This document shows, piece by piece, positions 8,937 through 15,836 of a stretch of 64,000 nt of DNA (its first letter is position 1; every line of letters starts with the position of its first letter). This DNA comes from Dehalococcoidia bacterium (lineage in GTDB: Bacteria > Chloroflexota > Dehalococcoidia > Lucifugimonadales > Lucifugimonadaceae). The notes beneath the pieces are model-generated. The model made no database searches, was not told the origin of the DNA, and was given only the letters and a program-made list of their open reading frames with translations. The DNA lies in contig CBDEVT010000002.1 of assembly GCA_965243825.1 (NCBI GenBank), positions 107,226 to 171,225 on the forward strand, read 5' to 3'. Both the position numbers and the translations under genes were made by a program.

Positions 8937-10001
8937 ATGAAGCTTCCCGTGATCCCACCGTTTGATACCAACGCGTCCCAGGAGGCATTGGGCCGGCAGA
9001 ACACCCTCACCAAGCCGGTGGGAAGCCTTGGAAGGCTAGAGCAGATTGCTGCAAAGTTAGCGGGCATGCAGAGCAGGGCGCTTCCGAGAATAGATAAAAA
9101 GGTTGTTGTTGTTGCTGCCGCTGATCATGGAGTGGCAGAAGAAGGAGTCAGCGCCTATCCGCAGTCCGTGACGGCTCAGATGGTCGCGAACTTCCTGGAC
9201 GGTGGTGCTGCAATAAGTGTGCTGGCAGATAGCCTGGGAGCCGAGTTGATAATTGTGGACGCAGGCGTGGCATCCGATCTCCCGAACAACTCCAGATTGC
9301 AACGTCATGGCCTCGCGAGAGGGTCTGCAAACTTCGCCAGGGGACCGGCCATGAGTCGAGTTCAGGCGGAGGAGATTTTCAGTCGGGGTGTCGTCACTGG
9401 TGAGTCTATCGCTGCCACCGGTAACACGGCTGTTGTCCCGGGCGAGATGGGCATAGGTAATACGACTGCTGCTGCAACGGTCACGTCGTCGATTGTTGGC
9501 GTAGATCCTGAAATAGTCACAGGTCGGGGTACCGGAATAGACGATGCGGCTTTGAAGGGGAAGATAGCGGCTGTCAATCAGGCGCTGCAGGTCAATGCAC
9601 CGAATGGCAGTGATCCCATCGATGTGCTTGCGAAGGTTGGTGGTTATGAGATCGGCTTCCTCGCTGGACTTATGATCGGGGCTGCATCGAAGCGTGCGTT
9701 GATCGTGCTGGACGGATATATCTCGACCTCAGCTGCGTTAATTGCGAACGGAGTCGATGACGTAGTAGCGCGTTATCTGATCGCTGGTCATCGCTCAGTT
9801 GAGCCCGGTCACGTTCTAGCTCTCGAACATCTGAGCCTCGAGCCTATTCTTGATCTTGAGATGAGGCTTGGAGAGGGCACAGGTGGCGTGCTTGCACTTG
9901 GCGTGATCGAGTCCGCGTTGGCTCTCCATGCAGGCATGGCGACTTTCGAGGAAGCCAGCGTTAGCAGTCGGTCTGTTGATGTTGTCGGTGAAAACGAATG
10001 A
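8937..10001 (+). CDS. cobT: Nicotinate-nucleotide--dimethylbenzimidazole phosphoribosyltransferase
   Basis: Family hallmark 'PGEMGIGNTTAAA', length 354 aa, followed by cobS and cobU. Confidence 0.95.
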   Translation: MKLPVIPPFDTNASQEALGRQNTLTKPVGSLGRLEQIAAKLAGMQSRALPRIDKKVVVVAAADHGVAEEGVSAYPQSVTAQMVANFLDGGAAISVLADSLGAELIIVDAGVASDLPNNSRLQRHGLARGSANFARGPAMSRVQAEEIFSRGVVTGESIAATGNTAVVPGEMGIGNTTAAATVTSSIVGVDPEIVTGRGTGIDDAALKGKIAAVNQALQVNAPNGSDPIDVLAKVGGYEIGFLAGLMIGAASKRALIVLDGYISTSAALIANGVDDVVARYLIAGHRSVEPGHVLALEHLSLEPILDLEMRLGEGTGGVLALGVIESALALHAGMATFEEASVSSRSVDVVGENE

Positions 10002-10765
10002 GCGCGTTGCTGGCTGCTCTGCGGCTGATGACCGTGATTCCTGTCGGCAGCACCGCTCCGACAGGTAACAATGAGCGGGGTGTAGCCAATTCTCCAGCAT
10101 TTTTCGCAGTGTCTGGACTGGTTATTGGGCTGGCTTCGGCCGGAGTGTTCTATGGCGCTTCTGAGTTTTTGCCGGTGCCATTAGCCGCTGTTTTGGCGAT
10201 CGCTCTCACATGGGTACTGTCGGGTGGTCTACATATTGACGGTCTTGGCGATACCTTCGATGGGCTGTTTGGCGGGCGAACCCCCGAACGTAAGCTCGAG
10301 ATCATGTCCGATCCACGTCCAGGAGCGTTCGGTGTCGCTGCCATCGCCTTCGTGCTGCTGGTGAAGTGGATTGCAATATCTGAACTTGTCCCGGAATCTC
10401 ATTGGGGATTGCTAGTGGTTATCGCGGTTGCCTCCCGTGGGACGGCAGCATTCGCCGTTGTTCTTTTTCCTTATGCAAGACCACTGGGGATTGGCAGTGC
10501 ATACGCCAAACCTGCTATTTGGGTCTTGCCGACTGTGGTATTCACAACCGTTTTTTTCACCGTTGTGTTTGGTGGTTGGGTCAGCCTTATCTCACTGGGT
10601 GTCGCGGCAGCGCTCGGACTCGGCATTGCTCTCTACTCGCTTCGAGCCATCGGCGGCCTGACAGGGGATATCTACGGAGCGATAATTGAACTGACGGAAG
10701 TTGCCGCCCTGGTCTCCCTCATCGCCTTGATCGAGTCGGAGTTCGATGCTGGTGTGATCTGGTGA
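9998..10765 (+). CDS. cobS: Adenosylcobinamide-GDP ribazoletransferase (cobalamin synthase)
   Basis: Polytopic membrane protein with 'HIDGLGDTFDGLFGG'. ATGA overlap with the cobT stop. Confidence 0.93.
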   Translation: MSALLAALRLMTVIPVGSTAPTGNNERGVANSPAFFAVSGLVIGLASAGVFYGASEFLPVPLAAVLAIALTWVLSGGLHIDGLGDTFDGLFGGRTPERKLEIMSDPRPGAFGVAAIAFVLLVKWIAISELVPESHWGLLVVIAVASRGTAAFAVVLFPYARPLGIGSAYAKPAIWVLPTVVFTTVFFTVVFGGWVSLISLGVAAALGLGIALYSLRAIGGLTGDIYGAIIELTEVAALVSLIALIESEFDAGVIW

Positions 10766-10788
10766 TCGAACAGTAAAGGAACCCGGAG

Positions 10789-11340
10789 TTGACGAAGATT
10801 TTTGTGTTGGGAGGGGTGCGGTCCGGCAAGAGCAGTTATGCGGCGACGGTCGCGGAATCACTCTCTGGCGATGAAGGAGTCACGTTGATAGCTACCGCAG
10901 ACTCGGCCAGTGCGGATTCCGGTATGCGGCAGCGGATCGAAAAACACAGGGCGGAACGTCCCGCGCACTGGACTACGCTGGAAGCACCGATCGAACTTGA
11001 CCTAAGCCTCGAAGAGGTTACCCACAATGTCGTGGTTATTGACTGCCTGACCATCTGGCTTTCGAATCTTCTGGCGACATGTGGTGACGCTGACCAATCC
11101 GGCTTCTACATGTTGGCTGAAAACACGATCCAGTCGGCTTTGCGAAATCTCGTCGCCGCGACCGAACGGGCATCGGGGCACTTGATCATTGTCGCTAACG
11201 ATGTCGGTTCAGGTGTTGCTCCCCTTACGCGACTCGGCAACGTGTTTGCAGATATGCAGGGCCTGGTGAATCAACGCATAGCGGCCGTTAGCGATGAGGT
11301 TTACGTCATGACTGCCGGGATACCGACGCGCATCAAATGA
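10789..11340 (+). CDS. cobU: Bifunctional adenosylcobinamide kinase / adenosylcobinamide-phosphate guanylyltransferase
   Basis: P-loop 'VLGGVRSGKSSYA', 183 aa, cob context. TTG start. Confidence 0.9.
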   Translation: MTKIFVLGGVRSGKSSYAATVAESLSGDEGVTLIATADSASADSGMRQRIEKHRAERPAHWTTLEAPIELDLSLEEVTHNVVVIDCLTIWLSNLLATCGDADQSGFYMLAENTIQSALRNLVAATERASGHLIIVANDVGSGVAPLTRLGNVFADMQGLVNQRIAAVSDEVYVMTAGIPTRIK

Positions 11341-12577
11341 GTACATTGACCGCGTCTAGAAGATCATCTTTCTCTACCAGTTCACCCCGGCTGACGAGTT
11401 CGTCATACACGCGACTTGCATATCCTTCTGTGTAGTCCCAAATCGCATCGTCCGGCCGCCTGATTAACAGTAGCCGTTTAGATTCTGCAGCCGCTTCCAG
11501 ATTACGCAGATTGCCGGGACCGACAGCCATCTCACAGATCACGGTGACATCTGCGTTACGCACCAAGACGCGGTGAGCTGCATCCTGTTCCAGAGTTACT
11601 ACCGAAAATGGCGACGACGGTATGTGCTCTATTCCGAGTCGAGTCGCTGTCTGCCGATCCGCATCACCTTTACCAAGGACACATGCAGTGACCGTGTGCC
11701 CTTCCAGGACCAGCCTGTGCATCACGTCTCTTCCTGATCCTGCACCGCAGATCATGTGCACTCTCAGGTGTGAACGTTCTGCGGCACGACTCGATGATTC
11801 GGCGAGTCCAAGAAGTGAGATTGAGGGCCGACCTGAAAGAGCGTCGGGTTCAACCGCCGCGTCCACAGAAAACACATCCCTCAGGCTGACCTGGGAAATC
11901 ACATCCCAGGGAGATCCTTCACGGGCAACCTCACCGTCGTTCAGAAGAACGAGTCGATCACAGTACCGTGCAGCCAGGGAAAGATCGTGTAGTACCAGCA
12001 CAACGGCCGTACCGGATTCTGCCTGTTTCCGTGCAGTAGTCATGGTCAAAAGCTGGTGTTGCATATCAAGACTGGCGGTAGGCTCGTCTAGCAAGAGTAG
12101 ATTCGCCTGTTGCGCCAGAACCCGTGCAAGAGCTATCCGTTGACGTTCTCCACCGGATAGGGTTTGCAGTCGTCGGTCCGCGAACTGAAGCGTTCCGGTC
12201 TGTTCCATTGCCTTCTTCGCGATCCCGATGTCTGAACGGCCTTCGAGCTTGAACATGCCAAGGTGCGGATACCGGCTCATCAGCACGAACTCAAGCGCTG
12301 TGAACGAATGACTGGACGTCGATTGCGGCATGTACGCAACCTGCCTGGCTCTGTCCCGCGATCTGAGTTGGTGGAGATCGGTACCACCGACGATGATCTT
12401 GCCGTTTTCAAAAGGAATAAGGCCAGCCATCGCACGTAGCAGTGTTGTCTTACCGCTACCGTTCGGTCCGACGATTCCGACTAATTCTCCTGGGTCGACT
12501 TTGATGCTTACTTCGTCGAGTACGCGGCGACCACCCAGTGTGACAACCAGGTTTTCTGCTTCAAGAGTCGCTACCAA
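11333..12577 (-). CDS. btuD: ABC transporter ATP-binding protein (Fe-siderophore/cobalamin type) fused to a ~150-aa C-terminal domain of unknown function
   Basis: Walker A 'GPNGSGKTT', signature 'LSGGERQR', Walker B 'LLLLDEPT'. At 414 aa it is about 150 aa longer than typical family members. The extra C-terminal region begins 'VHMICGAGSGRDVMHRLVLEGHTV'. It is the last gene of the riboswitch-controlled operon. The btuD symbol is inferred from context. Confidence 0.85.
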   Translation of the reverse strand: MVATLEAENLVVTLGGRRVLDEVSIKVDPGELVGIVGPNGSGKTTLLRAMAGLIPFENGKIIVGGTDLHQLRSRDRARQVAYMPQSTSSHSFTALEFVLMSRYPHLGMFKLEGRSDIGIAKKAMEQTGTLQFADRRLQTLSGGERQRIALARVLAQQANLLLLDEPTASLDMQHQLLTMTTARKQAESGTAVVLVLHDLSLAARYCDRLVLLNDGEVAREGSPWDVISQVSLRDVFSVDAAVEPDALSGRPSISLLGLAESSSRAAERSHLRVHMICGAGSGRDVMHRLVLEGHTVTACVLGKGDADRQTATRLGIEHIPSSPFSVVTLEQDAAHRVLVRNADVTVICEMAVGPGNLRNLEAAAESKRLLLIRRPDDAIWDYTEGYASRVYDELVSRGELVEKDDLLDAVNVLI

Positions 12578-12924
12578 AGTAATCCTCTGACGTAGATCAA
12601 TCCTACGATTGCTACTACCCCGATAAAGGCCACGTAGCGACTGATCGAAACTGCAAGTTCAATGTGTTTCGGAGTCGGTGCATCGTACTCTTCGCTGATC
12701 GCGTAGTGGCCAACTTTTTCAAGTCGGACATGCAGGATTCCGCTCATGGCGGACATTGTCCAGCCTGCGTTCGGGCTGGCAGTCCTGCTTCGATTTCGCC
12801 GCACAGCCGATAGCGCGGAAATCCAGATATTGAATGACCAACCGGAGGCCAGCGGACGGAGATGTTCATCCATCATGAAGCTCAACTCCCACTTCTGTGG
12901 TGACTGACCCCCGGTACCTGTCAT
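12571..12924 (-). CDS. CobD/CbiB (adenosylcobinamide-phosphate synthase) C-terminal fragment, truncated; possible pseudogene remnant
   Basis: The 117-aa ORF fits exactly between the binding-protein and ATPase genes. 'MMDEHLRPLA...ASPNAGWTMSAMSGILHVRLEK.GHYAI....P....I..A' parallels the C-terminal third of CbiB (R-M/L-DD...SPN(A/C)(G/A)W..A..AGALG..LGG..Y.G). The N-terminal ~200 aa of a normal CbiB are absent. Confidence 0.5.
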   Translation of the reverse strand: MTGTGGQSPQKWELSFMMDEHLRPLASGWSFNIWISALSAVRRNRSRTASPNAGWTMSAMSGILHVRLEKVGHYAISEEYDAPTPKHIELAVSISRYVAFIGVVAIVGLIYVRGLLW

Positions 12925-12930
12925 CTGACT

Positions 12931-14061
12931 TTAGGGATGAGTGAACGGAGCGAACGTTTCGTTTCCGAACATCTGGGGGTAGAACAGCTTTGCAGACTCC
13001 TCGATGCCACGTACGTTCCAGTGCGAAAGCGTCGTGAAGAACGTGGGATCGGCGTAGTAAACCTTGCGGTCGCGGATCGCAGGCACATTCGCCAACGCTG
13101 CTTCGTCATACAACTGGTCTGCGAACTGGAGTGCCGAACCCTCGGGCTGAGTCAGCAGGATGATGTCTGGGTTCATTGCAGCAATGCTCTCGATGCTGAC
13201 AGTCTGGTGCGATTCGATCCCGGCTTCCTTCGCTGCGTTAATGCCGCCCGCAGATTCGATGATCCCACCTTCAGTTGAACCTCCACCAGCAACCCATATG
13301 TCTGAGTACAGGGCCGCTGATAGTACATGTGGACGTTCGGGATCCTCAGCGTCCAGCTGATCTTGGACGGCTCTTACCCGGTCCGTCACCTCATCGGCAA
13401 GCTCAATTGCACGTTCCTCAGCGCCAAGCATGTAGCCGAGAAGGAGGATATTTGGGACATTGCCCAGGGCGGAGTCTTCAAGCTCTGCCCTTATCACGTG
13501 AATGCCCAATCCCGTCAACTGATCGACGAGGTCAGCAGAGGTGAAAGCCGAAGCAATAACGATTTCCGGCTCGAGGCTGATGATCTCCTCAGGATCGCTC
13601 CCGGCGTCAGGGAGATCCTGAAACTCCTCCCATGACGCAGAAGTTGCTGGATCCTTGAAGAACGAAGCAGTAGCAACTAGCACATCGCCACCGGCCAGGG
13701 CCGCGACTATTTCGGCATGACCCAGAGAGAGGCTGTAGATGCGAGTTGGGGGTGCATCCAGGGTTATCTCACCTGAAGATGTCTCGATAGTGCGCGGCCA
13801 ATCAAAGTCATCTCCTGGCTTTATGCCCGGGATCTCTGCGAATCTATCGAGGCCTTCGGGTGTAGGTGCGGCGGTCGCCGTGGCCGTAGGTTCAGGCGTC
13901 GCCGTTGGCTCGCTTGTGGCCGTCGGCTCTGGTGTTGCGGTGGGTGCAGGTGTTGCCGTTGCACTTTCTTCACTGCCGCATGCTGTGGCAACCACAGCGA
14001 CTAACATCACTCCCAGTAACAGCGTCCTTACTTTTCTCAACCGGCTGAACACTTCAGACAT
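12931..14061 (-). CDS. btuF: ABC transporter periplasmic/substrate-binding lipoprotein, BtuF/FhuD (cluster A-II) type
   Basis: Lipobox-like 'VVATAC|GS', PT linker 'ATPAPTATPEPTATSEPTATPEPTAT', then a two-lobe binding-protein body. It lies between the FecCD permease and the ATPase. Confidence 0.85.
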   Translation of the reverse strand: MSEVFSRLRKVRTLLLGVMLVAVVATACGSEESATATPAPTATPEPTATSEPTATPEPTATATAAPTPEGLDRFAEIPGIKPGDDFDWPRTIETSSGEITLDAPPTRIYSLSLGHAEIVAALAGGDVLVATASFFKDPATSASWEEFQDLPDAGSDPEEIISLEPEIVIASAFTSADLVDQLTGLGIHVIRAELEDSALGNVPNILLLGYMLGAEERAIELADEVTDRVRAVQDQLDAEDPERPHVLSAALYSDIWVAGGGSTEGGIIESAGGINAAKEAGIESHQTVSIESIAAMNPDIILLTQPEGSALQFADQLYDEAALANVPAIRDRKVYYADPTFFTTLSHWNVRGIEESAKLFYPQMFGNETFAPFTHP

Positions 14062-14083
14062 CTAGTTTCTCCTGAGTCACGTC

Positions 14084-15166
14084 CTAGAACGTCTCGGTAC
14101 GTGACCTGTTTCTGATCAGTAAAAGCAGGAAAAAAGGAGCGCCAAACATCGCCGTGATGATGCCAACTCTCAACTCGGCCGGAGAAGCGAGGTTGCGCGC
14201 CAGCGTGTCGGCGATGAGCAAGAAAAGCCCTCCGCCTAATGCGCTCAAAGGAATGAGCGCGCGGTGGTCCGGTCCGATCAAGAGCCTGATCGAGTGCGGA
14301 ACCACGAGCCCAACGAACGCAATCGTGCCAGTGAAAGCGACCGCTGTCCCCGTCATCAGGGCAGCGGCAGCCAGTAGCACAACCCGCACGAACCCGACTC
14401 TCACACCGAGCGACTTAGCTTCGTCCTCGCCAACCAGCAGCAGGTTCAAGTCTCGGGCAAGTGCCAGTATGATTCCGCCCCCGATCAACATGATCGGAAG
14501 CACAATCCGTATCGATTCCCACCGTGCGCCTTCGAGCCCGCCGGCAAGCCAGAACACCATCTGTCGCTGAGCTTCCAGGTCAGCGGTAAGGATGATCACG
14601 GCCGAAGTGACAGCACCGAAGAATGAACTGACCGCGACGCCAGCAAGTAGCAGTGACGCCATTGACACACGACCGCCTGCTGCGATTCCGACTGTGAATA
14701 CGACGATGGTCGAAACACCTGCGCCAACAAAGGCGAACAAGGGTAGAAACAGTGTGGATGTAGCGGCAAGACCGGCGGCAATCGCGATGACAGCGCCAAG
14801 TGCGCCGCCTGCTGAAACGCCGATGATGCCAGGATCTGCCAACGGATTGCGGAAGAGTCCCTGCATCGTCACGCCAGCCACTCCGAGTCCGGCTCCTGCA
14901 CCAAGCGCAAGCAGCAACCTTGGGATACGAATGTTCTCTATCACCGCCTGCTGGGTACTCGTCGCGGATGAATCGCCAAGTCCTGCCCAAGAAAAAACCG
15001 CCGACAGCACGTCCGCAAAAGCTATGGCAACAGGTCCTGTGGACAACGCTGTGAGAGAAGCAGCAAGTAGCAGAAGGCCGATCACCACCGAACCCATGAC
15101 GAGTCTGTAGGTGACCGAAGATGCGGCAAGTGAGCCGCGTTGTTTCCGTACCGTAAGTCGCAGCAC
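14084..15166 (-). CDS. btuC: FecCD/BtuC-family ABC transporter permease
   Basis: Polytopic, with 'TIAFVGLVVPHSIRLLIG'. The track ORF extends to 15277, but that part overlaps an intrinsic terminator of the riboswitch expression platform. In-frame GTG 15166 lies immediately after the terminator. ATG 15097 is an alternative start. Confidence 0.85.
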   Translation of the reverse strand: MLRLTVRKQRGSLAASSVTYRLVMGSVVIGLLLLAASLTALSTGPVAIAFADVLSAVFSWAGLGDSSATSTQQAVIENIRIPRLLLALGAGAGLGVAGVTMQGLFRNPLADPGIIGVSAGGALGAVIAIAAGLAATSTLFLPLFAFVGAGVSTIVVFTVGIAAGGRVSMASLLLAGVAVSSFFGAVTSAVIILTADLEAQRQMVFWLAGGLEGARWESIRIVLPIMLIGGGIILALARDLNLLLVGEDEAKSLGVRVGFVRVVLLAAAALMTGTAVAFTGTIAFVGLVVPHSIRLLIGPDHRALIPLSALGGGLFLLIADTLARNLASPAELRVGIITAMFGAPFFLLLLIRNRSRTETF

Positions 15167-15169
15167 GCG

Positions 15170-15194
15170 AAAAACCCCGACGCTTGCGCCAGGG
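15170..15194 (-). terminator. Intrinsic terminator (riboswitch expression platform)
   Basis: Minus strand reads CCCTGGCG-CAAG-CGTCGGGG followed by TTTTT: an 8-bp stem including two G-U pairs, a 4-nt loop and a U-tract. Confidence 0.6.
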
Positions 15195-15329
15195 TTCTTT
15201 GTCTCTTGCGGCGAGTCGAGTTCAGGTTGTTGGCCACCAGGGCAACAGTCCATCAAGGACCCACGGCCGAGAGCCACTCCCTTGGCGGGAAGCGATCACT
15301 CAGCCTCTCGGGCAGGTCTCCTGACTCTC

Positions 15330-15497
15330 GGCTCTGGCGTCTGACTACACCTTCCCGTTCCGTTTCCGAAACAGTGGCTTTCGCAGACAGACTCGCCGAT
15401 CACAGTGGCGCTACCGCAGCGGAATCTCACCGCTTTCCCATTTTCACCGGTAACCCTTCCTGTATTGGTTACCGGCACCCGGGAGGCGTTGTCTTTT
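15330..15497 (-). promoter_or_regulatory. Cobalamin (B12) riboswitch aptamer
   Basis: Minus strand reads '...GGTGCCGGTAACCAATACAGGAAGGGTTACCGGTGAAAATGGGAAAGCGGTGAGATTCCGCTGCGGTAGCGCCACTGTGATCGG...GAAAGCCACTGTTTCGGAAACGGAACGGGAAGGTG'. It contains the conserved GGGAA, GGTGAGATTCC, GCCACTG (B12 box) and GGGAAGG elements. It sits upstream of the btuC-like operon. Confidence 0.85.
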
Positions 15498-15510
15498 CGA
15501 CAGCGGGGCT

Positions 15511-15540
15511 AGGATAGGCGCGGGTGTCGAAGATAGTCAA
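15511..15540 (-). promoter_or_regulatory. Putative sigma70-type promoter for the riboswitch/btu operon
   Basis: Minus strand: TTGACT, 18 nt, TATCCT, about 15 nt upstream of the aptamer. Confidence 0.4.
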
Positions 15541-15836
15541 CAGATAACCGGGCCATCCATGATCCTCTTAGTGTGGCAACAAGGTTCATGGGTATCGGCC
15601 CCGAGTGGTAAAAAAACAGGGCTCATCTGCGTCGAACGACGTATTCTCACGACTGAGTGCAGTGGTCGCGATTAAAAGACATGCGTGATGCGAGCGAGGG
15701 AACAGGCTTCAGGTTAATGAACTGCATTACATAGAATCCCTGCGAGTCTCCGATTCCAGGGCTAGACATTGACGCTACCTTCTTTACGCTCAAACGAAAT
15801 CGATCACTGCAGATATCTGGAGTTCTGCTAATACCA

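Noticed and set aside
15167-15277. N-terminal 37 codons of the permease ORF
   Set aside because: They run through the riboswitch terminator hairpin and U-tract, and FecCD-family proteins have no equivalent residues.
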